Notes under the pieces: model-generated | Seen by the model: the letters and a program-made list of their open reading frames with translations, nothing else | Databases searched by the model: none | Told to the model about the DNA's origin: nothing | Origin: an uncultured Pseudomonadota bacterium | Lineage (GTDB): Bacteria; Oederibacteriota; Muellerivitia; Muellerivitales; Muellerivitaceae | Length of the DNA: 64,000 bases | NCBI GenBank assembly: GCA_963770835.1 | Contig: CAVYRH010000004.1 | Span: 715,339-779,338, forward strand | Reading direction: 5' to 3' | Shown: positions 37,696 through 47,793 of the stretch, one piece after another | How positions within the stretch are numbered: the first letter of the stretch is position 1 | Layout of the letters: each line of letters opens with the position of its first letter | Program-made: the position numbers and the translations under genes

Positions 37696-40383
37696 TTAAT
37701 CCGACTTCGCCGGATTATTTTCTAGAGGAATCGTAAACCGGAAAATTGCCCCGCCGCCCGGCCGGTTTTGGGCCTCAATCGTCCCCCCGTGGATCTGCAC
37801 GAAACCCTTACAAATGGAAAGCCCCAGGCCCGCGCCGCTGGTCCGCCCCTGCTGGGGGCCCCGGTAAAACTTGTCGAAAAGATGGGGAAGGTCCTCCGGG
37901 GGCAGGCCCGGCCCCTTATCCGCCACTTCGACCACCAACCGGTCGTTTTCGCTTTTGGCCGAAATCTCAATGGGGGCGTCCTTGGGGGTGTATTTGAGGG
38001 CATTGTCCAGCAGGTTGACCACCACCTGTTCAATCAACAGGCTGTCCATCGGCACGAGGGGAAGGTCCGAAGGGATTTTAGTGACGACATTCCTCGCCGC
38101 CAGTTTCTTTTCCATCCGGGCGATGGCTGATCCGATGACCTCTCCCGGGTAGTTGAGTTCCTTGTTGGGCCGGATGGCCCCGGATTCCAGTTTGGTCATC
38201 TCCAAAAGGTTGTTCACCAGCCGCTCCAGCCGCTCGGCCTCGTCGTGGATGTTCTCCAAAAGATCCTTCCGGGTGGGAGGGGGGAGGGATTCGCCGTTCT
38301 GGAGCAGGCTGCTGCTGGAACCGGTGATGGCGGCCAGGGGCGTGCGCAGGTCGTGGGACACGGAGCTTAAAAGGGAACTCCTTAATTTTTCCGTTTCCAC
38401 CTGCATCTGGGTTTGTTGCTGTTTTTGCAAAAGCTTGTCGGCCGCCACCGCCAGCGCGGTTTGGTGCGCGAAGGCCTCCAGCAAGTGCAACTGCTCGGGG
38501 ATCAGGAGTTTTTCCGGCTGGGCGGGTTTTACTCCCAGGGCCCCCACCGGTTCGCCGGAGGCTAATAGCGGCAGGTAAAGCGCCTCGGTGCCGGGCAAGG
38601 TGTCGGTGCCCCGGCCCGCCATCTGTCCCAGGTCGTAGGCCCAGTGGGCCACGCCCATTTCCTTGGCGGTCAGGTTGAAATCCTGCACCGCCCCGGTTTG
38701 CACCTGCAGGCGGCCGTTCTCGTCCGGCAAGAAGGCGATGACGGAACTCTCGAAGACCTCGGAAATGTGCTTGACGGCGATCTCCAAAAGCTGGGCCGTG
38801 CCCCAGGTGGAAGCCAGCTCCTTGGAGAGGGAGTAAAGGGCGTTGGTGCGGCGCTCCCGCAAACGGGAAAACCGCTCTTGGTTGCGGATCCGAACCGTCA
38901 GGTTGCTGATGGAAAGGCCCACCAGCAGCATCACGATGAACATGAAGATGTACTGGGTGTCGGAGACCGCGAAGGAGAACCGGGGAGGCACGAAGAAAAA
39001 ATCAAAAGCGATGACGCTTAAAAAGGAAGCCAGGGTGGAGGGCCCCAGGTTTTGGCGGTAGGAAACGGCCAGGATGCCCAAAAGATAGACCATGATGAGG
39101 TTGGCCAGGTCCACGCTGGGGAAGAGGGCCCAGGCCACGGCTGTGCTGACGGCCACCGTCACAAGGGCCCAGCCGTAGCCCGGCCAGTCGAATTTCCGGA
39201 TGGTGGCACCCGATTGGATTCTCCGCTTTTCCCGGGGGTCGGCGGTTTCCCCCTGGGTGGCATAAACGTCAATCTCCCCGCTCGCGCGCAGGAGCTCGTC
39301 CACGGGGGACGGCCTCAAAAGGCTCCGCCAGGAATGGCGGGGGGGCTTGCCGATGAAGATCTTGTTGACGTTGCGTTCCCGGGCGTAATCCATGACTTCC
39401 TCGGCGAAGTTTTGGCCGCTCAAAGTGGCGGTTTCCGCCCCCAACTGCTCGGCCAGGCGCAGGTGCTGGATGGCATGGGCCCGGACTTGCTCCGGGAGGC
39501 GGGATTGGGCGGGCGTTTCCACGTAGAGGGCGATCCAGCTGGCGCGAAGCGACTTGGCCATGCGGTGGGCCGCCCGCACCAGGTTGGCGGAGGCTGGGTT
39601 GGAGGACACGCAAACCAAAATCCGGTCGGTGGTGGCCCAGGTCTGGGTGATGGCCTTGTCGCGGCGGTAGTCCTGCACCTGGTCGCCCACCCGGTCGGCG
39701 GTGGTGCGAAGGGCCATTTCCCGCAGGGCGATCAGGTTGCCCTTGCGGAAGAAGTTATGAATGGCCCGTTGGGCCGCCTCAGGCACGTAAACCTTGCCTT
39801 CCTGGAGGCGCTTCAGGAGGTCGTCGGGCGGAAGGTCGATCAGTTCCACCTCATCCGCCATCCTCAGCACCTTGTCGGGCAGGGTTTCCCGCACGACCAC
39901 GCCGGTCACCTGGGCCACGATGTCGTTGATGCTTTCCAGGTGCTGGACGTTCAGGGTGCTGTAGACGTTCGTGCCCAGGTCCAAAAGCTCCTGCACGTCC
40001 TGCCAGCGCTTCAAGTGGCGGGACCCCTCGGCATTGGTGTGGGCCAGTTCGTCCACCAAAAGGATTCCCGGTTTTCGCTTCAAGGCGCCGTCAATGTCGA
40101 ATTCCTTGAGCTTAGTCCCGCGGTATTCCAGTTCCTGGGGCGGCAGGATCTCCAAGCCTTCCAAGAGGGCGGCGGTTTCCTTGCGGCCGTGGGTTTCCAA
40201 AAGACCCACTGCAACGTCGATTCCCTCGGCCTTCTTGGCTCGGGCAGCTTCCAACATGGCGTAGGTTTTGCCCACGCCCGGGCAGGCGCCGAAGAAGATC
40301 TTCAGCTTGCCGCGTTTGGCGGCTTTTTCCTCGGCCTGGACCTGGGTTAAAAGCAGGTCCGGATTGGGTCGTTTGTCGTTCAT
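37696..40383 (-). CDS. kdpD: KdpD sensor histidine kinase
   Basis: GKLKIFFGACPGVGKTYAML, VDELAHTN, USP, 4 TM, GAF, SHDLRTPL, HATPase. Confidence 0.96.
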   Translation of the reverse strand: MNDKRPNPDLLLTQVQAEEKAAKRGKLKIFFGACPGVGKTYAMLEAARAKKAEGIDVAVGLLETHGRKETAALLEGLEILPPQELEYRGTKLKEFDIDGALKRKPGILLVDELAHTNAEGSRHLKRWQDVQELLDLGTNVYSTLNVQHLESINDIVAQVTGVVVRETLPDKVLRMADEVELIDLPPDDLLKRLQEGKVYVPEAAQRAIHNFFRKGNLIALREMALRTTADRVGDQVQDYRRDKAITQTWATTDRILVCVSSNPASANLVRAAHRMAKSLRASWIALYVETPAQSRLPEQVRAHAIQHLRLAEQLGAETATLSGQNFAEEVMDYARERNVNKIFIGKPPRHSWRSLLRPSPVDELLRASGEIDVYATQGETADPREKRRIQSGATIRKFDWPGYGWALVTVAVSTAVAWALFPSVDLANLIMVYLLGILAVSYRQNLGPSTLASFLSVIAFDFFFVPPRFSFAVSDTQYIFMFIVMLLVGLSISNLTVRIRNQERFSRLRERRTNALYSLSKELASTWGTAQLLEIAVKHISEVFESSVIAFLPDENGRLQVQTGAVQDFNLTAKEMGVAHWAYDLGQMAGRGTDTLPGTEALYLPLLASGEPVGALGVKPAQPEKLLIPEQLHLLEAFAHQTALAVAADKLLQKQQQTQMQVETEKLRSSLLSSVSHDLRTPLAAITGSSSSLLQNGESLPPPTRKDLLENIHDEAERLERLVNNLLEMTKLESGAIRPNKELNYPGEVIGSAIARMEKKLAARNVVTKIPSDLPLVPMDSLLIEQVVVNLLDNALKYTPKDAPIEISAKSENDRLVVEVADKGPGLPPEDLPHLFDKFYRGPQQGRTSGAGLGLSICKGFVQIHGGTIEAQNRPGGGAIFRFTIPLENNPAKSD

Positions 40384-40395
40384 TGGAACCCCTAA

Positions 40396-40492
40396 AAGTC
40401 GACAGTCAACAGCCCGCAGTCGGCAACAAGGCTGGTGTTGGTTGTGATTTAGCCTTTGCTGTGGACTGTCGACTGTTAACTGTGAGCTGCGG
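40396..40492. repeat. Inverted heptamer arrays forming a long hairpin upstream of kdpD
   Basis: aagtcga-cagtcaa-cagcccg-cagtcgg ... ctgtgga-ctgtcga-ctgttaa-ctgtgag. Confidence 0.7.
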
Positions 40493-40701
40493 TTTGATTT
40501 TACGCTTCAGCTAAGAGGGCGTCCACGAAATGAAGGCCCCAAATCGCTTCATTTTAATTTTTTCCATATACCTTCCGGCGGTTCTTTTTCTTTGAAACTT
40601 TTATCGAAGTTCGTTCGTCAAACTTTTTGATTAGGAGGGTTGATTTGAAAGTCGAAAATAAGTATTTTTTAAATGTCTTCAAAATGAGTTGAGGCTGGGT
40701 C

Positions 40702-41067
40702 ATGGGAAATAAGCTAAAAAAATTCAGCCGGGTTGCGCTTCTTGTTCTTGCGGTGGCGGTCGCTTTAAGGCCGGTCATCGTTGAGGCGAGCCCAAACTTT
40801 AACCCCTTTCAGGCCGCCCCTCAGCTAAATTCATCTTTTTCCCACTCCGGGCAATCAAAATCATCTTTCTCCAACTCCCGAATAAAAAAACAATCAACCC
40901 ATCAACTCTCAAAACTGAAACTTCTTCCCAAAAATACCGTTGGTTTTTATAGTTTGATTCCCCAGTACGAAAGGATGAACCTTTCGCTGGAATTAAGCCG
41001 TTCGTTTTTTGGCGGTTCTTCCCTTTGCAGTCATTCTCCCCAGAAGTTCCTTATCCTAAGAATCTGA
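40702..41067 (+). CDS. Hypothetical signal-peptide protein, possible leader ORF
   Basis: N-terminal hydrophobic segment, S/K-rich body, ends FLILRI*. Confidence 0.5.
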   Translation: MGNKLKKFSRVALLVLAVAVALRPVIVEASPNFNPFQAAPQLNSSFSHSGQSKSSFSNSRIKKQSTHQLSKLKLLPKNTVGFYSLIPQYERMNLSLELSRSFFGGSSLCSHSPQKFLILRI

Positions 41068-41168
41068 AAATTCCTTTCGTGTAGTTTCCAACCGGGTCCT
41101 TTTTCAGCCCGGGTTGGATTTCGCGCGTTCATTTAACGCACGAAAATTCCCTACGAAAGGAGTTCCCC

Positions 41169-41603
41169 GTGAAATTCGAAGATTTTTTACTAGGCGCGGG
41201 CGTTTACGCCCTCATCATTGCCGCCGGTTATTCGGGGCCGGTCCTGAAAAAACTTGAAAAAATTCCCTGGAATAAGCCGGCCAACGCTTTGGCTTGGAGC
41301 CATTTCCAACTATTCGCTCCAATTTTAAACCCAGGGGCTGATAAAACTTTGTCGGCTTCAGGAAGCCGTCAAATTTCCACCCTTGTCCGTCCCGTTTCAA
41401 TGCCGGTCCTTACGCAAAATTACATCCGCCAAAACAATGGGAAACCCCGGGAAGGGATTTCTTCTCGACCCCCTGTTTTGGGTGGAGGCGCAAAACTTTC
41501 CCAAGCTTCCCCGCCTCTTCAGGGGATAAAAACGGGCTCTAAAGTGAACCCCGACTTGCCGAGAAAAAAGAGTTCCGATTTAGAAGAACCGGCGAAGAGT
41601 TGA
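41169..41603 (+). CDS. Hypothetical protein
   Basis: RBS AAGGAG, GTG start, N-terminal TM. Confidence 0.5.
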   Translation: MKFEDFLLGAGVYALIIAAGYSGPVLKKLEKIPWNKPANALAWSHFQLFAPILNPGADKTLSASGSRQISTLVRPVSMPVLTQNYIRQNNGKPREGISSRPPVLGGGAKLSQASPPLQGIKTGSKVNPDLPRKKSSDLEEPAKS

Positions 41604-41626
41604 TTTTTAACTCAGGGGGAATGTTT

Positions 41627-41962
41627 ATGCAAATTGCTTTAAATAAGGAATTGGAAGTCAAAGTACATTGCGACAATTTGATTTCCCTCTTAATGAAAGA
41701 ATTTTTACGGAGGGAAGGGTTGGCTTCCGACAGCCGGTTGAAATGCTGGCTTAACGCGGTTGAAAAAGTCCATGTCGAGGATTGGGGAACTTGGTCCGAT
41801 TTGACAGCGCAGGTTATTTTGAACGTCGCCACGAAGGATTTTTGCACCACCTTGAAAAGAGGTTTAACCGGATCTGAACGGCGTTTTCTCGCGGTGCACG
41901 TAAGGGAGTTTGTCGAAGTTTTCGGCAAAAGCCGGTTAAAAGTTTTGGAGTTTAAAGATTAA
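41627..41962 (+). CDS. Hypothetical protein
   Basis: ORF in operon orientation with GGGGG RBS; start uncertain. Confidence 0.5.
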   Translation: MQIALNKELEVKVHCDNLISLLMKEFLRREGLASDSRLKCWLNAVEKVHVEDWGTWSDLTAQVILNVATKDFCTTLKRGLTGSERRFLAVHVREFVEVFGKSRLKVLEFKD

Positions 41963-41983
41963 AAAAAGGAAAGGAGAAAAGTC

Positions 41984-42412
41984 ATGATTAACAAAAATGA
42001 AAAAGTCCTGTCGGTTTTCGGTTTGGCGGCCCTTCTCTTGGTTTGCGGTTGCGGGGAAAAACGGATTGCATCCACCGAGGTGCCGAAACAACCCGGAGCC
42101 AATGAAAACGCAGGGGCGGTAAAGGCGTCTTTGGCCCCCTCGGGCCACTACTTCGTGGAGAAACATGATTGCCTTTGGACTATCGCCGGTCAACCCAGGA
42201 TATACGGCGATTCGTTCCTGTGGCCGGAACTGTTTAAGGCAAACCGGGACCAGATTACGGACCCTGATTTGATTTACCCAAGGCAGGATTTAAGGGTGCA
42301 AAAAGGATTTTCTGCCGAGGAAACGAATCGAACCCGGCAAATGGCCCTGGCCACGCCGAAGTATGTTCCCCATTCCAAGCCGAGGGAAACCCTCCCCTTG
42401 GATTATTTCTGA
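41984..42412 (+). CDS. LysM-domain lipoprotein
   Basis: Lipobox LVCGC; YFVEKHDCLWTIA..IYGD..LWP.LF.ANRDQI.DPDLIYP.Q.L. Confidence 0.85.
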   Translation: MINKNEKVLSVFGLAALLLVCGCGEKRIASTEVPKQPGANENAGAVKASLAPSGHYFVEKHDCLWTIAGQPRIYGDSFLWPELFKANRDQITDPDLIYPRQDLRVQKGFSAEETNRTRQMALATPKYVPHSKPRETLPLDYF

Positions 42413-42765
42413 TTTCCTCTCCTCCTTAATCCGGCCCGGGCGCAACCCCCGGGCCAAGCCCGGCTTCCCAAGGGCCGGGCAATTGTTCCGTCCCCTCTTT
42501 GTAAATCTAGGGGATCGGTAAAGCTGGCCGGAACAGGGATTCGGCCCGCCTTCCCAGGCGGGCCCCTATTCCGTTTCTTAAAATTGAAGGGAGAAATTCA
42601 TGAAAAGGGTGATGGGTTCACTTTTGGCGACCAAATAAGGGACGAATGATCCAACCCCGCCCAAAGCGGGGAAAGGGAAACGGCAGTCATAAAAGGGGAT
42701 GGGATCGCTCCTCAAAAGAACGGTCTTCACTGCCGTAAAATTTTAAAGTTATTAAGGAGTAAGCC

Positions 42766-42945
42766 ATGAAAAAGTTGATGGCCGTAATGATGACGGTTTT
42801 GTTCGTGGGGGCGCTTTCCGGGCCTGTTTGGGCCGATACGATGCCGGCCAAGACCCCGGTCGCGAAAACCATGAAACATAAGAAAAAGAGCTCGAAGAAA
42901 GGTAAGAAGGCCATGAAGCCCAGTGCAACTCCCATGGCCAAATAA
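42766..42945 (+). CDS. Small secreted Lys-rich protein (absent from the ORF track)
   Basis: RBS AAGGAG; MKKLMAVMMTVLFVGALSGPVWADTMPAKTPVAKTMKHKKKSSKKGKKAMKPSATPMAK*. Confidence 0.72.
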   Translation: MKKLMAVMMTVLFVGALSGPVWADTMPAKTPVAKTMKHKKKSSKKGKKAMKPSATPMAK

Positions 42946-43111
42946 AAAAGTCGTCCGGGTCCCCGGGATTCCCGGGGAACCCGCCTGTGAATGGGTTCAC
43001 ATCCATTTTCAGACGGGTTCGGAATATTTTTCCAAAACCAGCCCGGAAAAAACCAGCCGGATTATTTCCGGTGTTTGAATTTGCAGGGAATAAAATTCAG
43101 GAGGTTTTTAA

Positions 43112-43621
43112 ATGAAAAGGTACTTTCTGATGTTGTTCATGGGATTGGCGGTTGTCCTGAACGGGTGTGCTAGCACAGGCAAACTGGCAAAGTCCCAAAG
43201 TGAAACACAAACAACCTTAGGCCCTCAAATCCAGGATTTTGAGGCGTTTGGGGAAGTGATCCAAACGGATAAAGGGATCAAGCTTACCTTGGTTAGCGAC
43301 CTTCTATTCAAGGTTGCCCATTCCCATTTAAGCAAAGAGGGAATCCAGACGATCGATGCCGTCGCGGCTGTTTTATTGAAACACCCCAACTTTCAAACGA
43401 ATATTTCGGTTTACACCGATAACAGCGGGTCCGAAAAGGGAAACCTCCGAATCTCCAAACGACGGGCCAAGGCCGTCTTGGATGAGTTGGTCAAGCAGGG
43501 TATTCTCGTGGCCAACCTAACTGCTTCCGGAATGGGTTCAGCCGATCCGGTCGCCGCGAATGACACCCCGGACAACCAGGCGAAGAACCGCCGGGTCGAA
43601 ATGGAAATCTTCTTGCCGTAA
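43112..43621 (+). CDS. OmpA-family lipoprotein
   Basis: Lipobox LNGC, DLLF, YTDNSGS..NL.IS..RA, KNRRVE. Confidence 0.88.
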   Translation: MKRYFLMLFMGLAVVLNGCASTGKLAKSQSETQTTLGPQIQDFEAFGEVIQTDKGIKLTLVSDLLFKVAHSHLSKEGIQTIDAVAAVLLKHPNFQTNISVYTDNSGSEKGNLRISKRRAKAVLDELVKQGILVANLTASGMGSADPVAANDTPDNQAKNRRVEMEIFLP

Positions 43622-43743
43622 GGAAAGACTCGACAGCCAGTGGCGTTGGAAGCTTGAAATCCAACCGAAAGTATTGCGGACCCTCGGTACGTCAATCAAC
43701 TGGCAGTGAAATTGAGTTTTAACCCATCTTGCGGAGCAACTTT

Positions 43744-44274
43744 ATGCGATTCCTGATCTTTGTTTTTTGCCTTCTTGCCTTTTCGACCGGGAATGCGAAT
43801 GATTTAAAGGTTGCCACCGTCGATATGCAGACTCTTTTTAAAGAATATCCCGGTACAGCCCAAGCCCAAAAAAAGTACGACGACTTTGCCCAGGAAAAAA
43901 AACAGGATTTGGCCGATTCGGAGGAGGCCTTGAACTACCTTCAAAAAGAACTGAGTGAGCCCAAAAGCCCATTGTCCAGAAAAGAACGAGGACGGAAGGT
44001 GGAGGAACTCAATAACGAAACCCGGGATTATCAAGACGAGAAAAATCACGTTGAAAGCGAATTGGAGGAACGAAACCGTGAAATGACGAAGCTGTTGATG
44101 GGCCGAATCAAGGATGTGGTTGCCGGGGTCGCAAAAAAAGAAGGCGTTGATCTCGTTTTAGATTCGAATGACACGGTATTTACCAAAAACGGAAGGGACC
44201 TAACGGATGAGATTTTAAGGGCCTTCGCCGAATTGAAACCGGATCAAACAGAATTGGATATGGATGATCCTTAG
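43744..44274 (+). CDS. OmpH/Skp periplasmic chaperone
   Basis: KVATVDMQ.LF, coiled coil, AKKEGVDLVLD, DLTDEIL. Confidence 0.85.
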   Translation: MRFLIFVFCLLAFSTGNANDLKVATVDMQTLFKEYPGTAQAQKKYDDFAQEKKQDLADSEEALNYLQKELSEPKSPLSRKERGRKVEELNNETRDYQDEKNHVESELEERNREMTKLLMGRIKDVVAGVAKKEGVDLVLDSNDTVFTKNGRDLTDEILRAFAELKPDQTELDMDDP

Positions 44275-44347
44275 GCGGGCGCTGGGACGTAAGGTCCTAA
44301 CTTCTTAACCTGATATTTCACCAAAGATAACTCAGGAAGGAGTTGAA

Positions 44348-44818
44348 ATGATAAATCCTCCTAAGCCTATGGGAACCCGGTTTTTTATCCGGGCCCTGTT
44401 GTTTTTCTTAACATGCCTTTTATTGAGGGACTTATTGGTTATGCCAACACCAAAAGGGACCCAAGATTTTATTCATTATTCAAATAAAGGGGCCGTTTTG
44501 AACCGATTGAAATTAACCGGTACGCAACGAAATCAAATCCAAATGTGCAGGGCCGCCTATCGCAAGCGGATGGCTGAAATAGATGCACAACTCTTATTGG
44601 GACAAGTTAAAATCCAAAATGAACTGGAAAATGAGAACCCTAATGTGGACAGATTGGAAATGTTGTGCAACAGGATTGGCTATTTGCAAGGGGAAAGGTT
44701 GAGGATGAAAATCGCGACGGATTTGACCTTGGAAAGGAAAATACTTACCCCGCAACAGTTGGAAAAATTTAGGGTTATTCAAGCGAAAGAAGAGTTAGAA
44801 TTTTCAAACCTCATATAA
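44348..44818 (+). CDS. Spy/CpxP-like periplasmic protein
   Basis: LKLTGTQ and ILTPQQLEKF (LTxxQ) motifs. Confidence 0.7.
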   Translation: MINPPKPMGTRFFIRALLFFLTCLLLRDLLVMPTPKGTQDFIHYSNKGAVLNRLKLTGTQRNQIQMCRAAYRKRMAEIDAQLLLGQVKIQNELENENPNVDRLEMLCNRIGYLQGERLRMKIATDLTLERKILTPQQLEKFRVIQAKEELEFSNLI

Positions 44819-44819
44819 A

Positions 44820-46169
44820 ATGAAAAAACATAAAAATGGAAAAATCGCGGATACAATCGCCTTCGAACAAGCGAAAGAGTTGGTGGCGCAAGCTGTTCTT
44901 AATTGGAATCCTTTTCACAACCGGACCTATATCCAGGCGGCCCAGTTGGTGGCCGCCGTCGTGGTGGGTATTGCCGCCTATCTTTTCTCACTGGTCATCT
45001 CCCGCGCCCATCAGGTTTTCATCAGCCATTTCACGGAACACCCGATCCTGGTTTTCGCAGTGACCCCCCCGTTGTTTTTTGCCGCGACCTGGCTGGTGGT
45101 GCGGTTCGCCCCCGAGGCGAAGGGGAGCGGCATCCCTCAAGTATTGGAAGCGATCGAGACGGCCTCGCCCCAAAAACCCGAGTCCCTTTTAAGCCCCTTG
45201 GTTTCCCTAAAGACGGCTTTTTTCAAGATTCTTTCCACGACGGTGGGAATCCTGGGAGGAGCTTCCGTAGGCCGCGAAGGCCCGACCGTCCAGATCGCTT
45301 CCTCGGTGTTCAATTGGGTCGCGGGAAAATCCAACAAATATTTCGGCGCAACGGATTTTAAATCCTTCCTGGTGGCGGGAGGCGCGGCCGGTATCGCCGC
45401 GGCCTTTAACACCCCGCTCGCGGGTATTACCTTCGCGCTGGAAGAGATCGCCGAATCCACCTTTTCCCAATTCAAGCGGGTGGTCATGTTCAGCGTGATC
45501 GTGGGCGGTATCACCGCCCAGGCCTTGGGGGGGAATTACCATTATTTTGGCCATCCCTATATCCCCAACCCTTCCATCATCCTCATTCCTTTTTCGATCC
45601 TGATCGGCTTATCGGGGGGGTTATTGGGGGGGCTTTTTTCCCGTGTCCTTACCAGCCCCCTCACGAACATCCTCCCCAAACGATGGGTTTACCGCGCCCT
45701 GTTTTGCGGCGTCCTATGCGCCTTGTTTTCCTTTTTTTCCAATGGCGACACGGCGGGTTCGGGTTATGAGGTCACGAGAAGGTACATGGATAACCCGGGC
45801 GGCAGCCTCCCCCAGCTGTTTTTTGGAGAGAAATTCCTGACCACGGTTTTTTCCTACCTTTCTGGTATGGCGGGGGGGATTTTCTCGCCCAGTCTTTCCA
45901 TTGGGGCCGGGATGGGGTTTACACTCGGGAAACTTTTCCACCTCCTGAATTTGCGGGCTTGCGCCATGATCGGTATGGTGGCTTTTTTCTCAGGGGTGGT
46001 CCAAGCGCCCTTGACGGCGGTCATCATCATCATGGAAATGACCGATCAAAGCCTGCTGATCGTCCCCTTCATGATCGCGGCATTTGTGGCCCATGGCATA
46101 GGCAAGATCATCATGCCCATACCGCTTTACCGGCACCTTGCCTTGATCGAAAAAAAGAACCACAAATGA
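44820..46169 (+). CDS. ClC-family chloride channel/antiporter
   Basis: GSGIP, GREGP, AAFNTPLAG, GGIFSP. Confidence 0.92.
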   Translation: MKKHKNGKIADTIAFEQAKELVAQAVLNWNPFHNRTYIQAAQLVAAVVVGIAAYLFSLVISRAHQVFISHFTEHPILVFAVTPPLFFAATWLVVRFAPEAKGSGIPQVLEAIETASPQKPESLLSPLVSLKTAFFKILSTTVGILGGASVGREGPTVQIASSVFNWVAGKSNKYFGATDFKSFLVAGGAAGIAAAFNTPLAGITFALEEIAESTFSQFKRVVMFSVIVGGITAQALGGNYHYFGHPYIPNPSIILIPFSILIGLSGGLLGGLFSRVLTSPLTNILPKRWVYRALFCGVLCALFSFFSNGDTAGSGYEVTRRYMDNPGGSLPQLFFGEKFLTTVFSYLSGMAGGIFSPSLSIGAGMGFTLGKLFHLLNLRACAMIGMVAFFSGVVQAPLTAVIIIMEMTDQSLLIVPFMIAAFVAHGIGKIIMPIPLYRHLALIEKKNHK

Positions 46170-46405
46170 AACCAAACAAAAAAAAGTCAACCTGGTTCTT
46201 GAGGACGACCATCGAAATGGGTTTCATCATCTTCCTGTTTTATTCCAACCTTTTGATGGGGGAATTTACGCGTTCAAACAGTTCGCAAGGAAAGAGTTTG
46301 GTTTTCGCAATTCAAGATGTATTCACGGCAACTAATTTCTCGATCGCTATCATTTCGGCGTTTATCGGACAGGTGATTTTTGAACATTTTAGGAAAAAAC
46401 TCTGA
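46166..46405 (+). CDS. Small two-TM hypothetical protein
   Basis: ATG overlaps the ClC stop; IEMGFIIFLFYSNLLMGEF. Confidence 0.65.
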   Translation: MKPNKKKSTWFLRTTIEMGFIIFLFYSNLLMGEFTRSNSSQGKSLVFAIQDVFTATNFSIAIISAFIGQVIFEHFRKKL

Positions 46406-46522
46406 TTTTATTTTTTTGAACCTAGGAATTTTTCAATTTTGTGGGTTGGAAAAGAATAAACCAATAAGGAAAGATTACTTTGATGTTTATCACCTTTTCG
46501 CCGTTTCTTCGGGAGGTTTCCG

Positions 46523-47776
46523 ATGGAATCACCTAAAAAAATACTGGTGTTCGCCCCCTGCGCCTACAACTTGGCCGAAACCACCCGTATGCTTGAAATC
46601 GCCAAAGGCATCCGTAACCACGAATCGGCCAACAAGGTTTTTGGTATCCAGTTCATCTCCGACGGTGGAACCCTTGAATATTTAATCGAGGAAGAGGGGT
46701 TTCCGCTTAAAAGGATGGAACCCCGGTTAACGGTGGAAAAAATTCAACTGATTGCGGCGGTAGACCGGGGCGAGAAATTCACCCCCGCCTTTTCCCTCAA
46801 GGAGTTAACCGCAAGGATCGTGAACGAGGTGAACTATTTAAAAGAATTAAAACCCGCCGCCGTTATCACCGGCTCTTACCTGACGATACCCGTTACCTGC
46901 CGTATTTTAGGTATCCCTTTGGTGTGGGTCATCCAATCCACTTGGCTTGAGGACTTTTTCGCCCATGGAGCCGGTATGACCGACAATCTCAAGTTTAAAC
47001 CACTGAAAATCATTGCCGATTGGATCATCCTGGGGTTCATCAATTTTTGGGTTCGAATTGGATTCTTGAATCCCCTTAATCAAGCGGCAAAACGATTTGG
47101 TGTCCAGGGCTATTCCTCCATATTTGAATTTTGGAAAGGGGATATCAGTTTGGTGGCCGAACCGGCTGAGTTCTCCGGCGCGAAACTCCCGCCGGATCAT
47201 TATTTCACCGGCCCGCTTATTGCCCGGCAGAATTTCCATGTTCCTGAAGAAGTGAAATCAATCCCAAGGGATAAACCACTGATCTATTTCGCCATGGGAA
47301 GCTCGGGAACACCCCGGATCGTCGCAAATATCTTGGAGGGCTTTGACGGGAAACCCTATCGGGTTATCGCTCCCATCAAACTCCTTTTGGACATGGCACC
47401 CGAAGTAAAAATTCCTTCCAACGTAATGGTCACCGGGTGGCTCCCGGCCCTTGAGGTCAACCGGATGGCGGACCTCACGGTCATTCATGGCGGCATCGGA
47501 ACAGTAATGACGGCCATCTACGCGGGCAAACCGGTCGTCGGGGTCGGGATGCAAATGGAACAGGTTGCGAATCTCGCCTGTTTGGTTCGGCAGGGGTTCG
47601 CCATCAGGGTTCCGAAGTCCAATAAACCATCCAAAGGCGTTCAAAAGGCCATCGCGAAGCTTTTGAATGACTCGGAGGCTAAACTAAAGGCCGCCGCCTT
47701 TTCCAAAATCATGGATAAATGGGATGGTCCCCGGATGGCGGCGGAAAAAATTTATGAAAAATATGGTGGAGTGTAA
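46523..47776 (+). CDS. GT-B family-1 glycosyltransferase
   Basis: YFAMGSSG, GWLP, IHGGIGT...GKPVVG...EQ..N. Confidence 0.85.
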   Translation: MESPKKILVFAPCAYNLAETTRMLEIAKGIRNHESANKVFGIQFISDGGTLEYLIEEEGFPLKRMEPRLTVEKIQLIAAVDRGEKFTPAFSLKELTARIVNEVNYLKELKPAAVITGSYLTIPVTCRILGIPLVWVIQSTWLEDFFAHGAGMTDNLKFKPLKIIADWIILGFINFWVRIGFLNPLNQAAKRFGVQGYSSIFEFWKGDISLVAEPAEFSGAKLPPDHYFTGPLIARQNFHVPEEVKSIPRDKPLIYFAMGSSGTPRIVANILEGFDGKPYRVIAPIKLLLDMAPEVKIPSNVMVTGWLPALEVNRMADLTVIHGGIGTVMTAIYAGKPVVGVGMQMEQVANLACLVRQGFAIRVPKSNKPSKGVQKAIAKLLNDSEAKLKAAAFSKIMDKWDGPRMAAEKIYEKYGGV

Positions 47777-47793
47777 ACGCCGAATTGGGGTGA

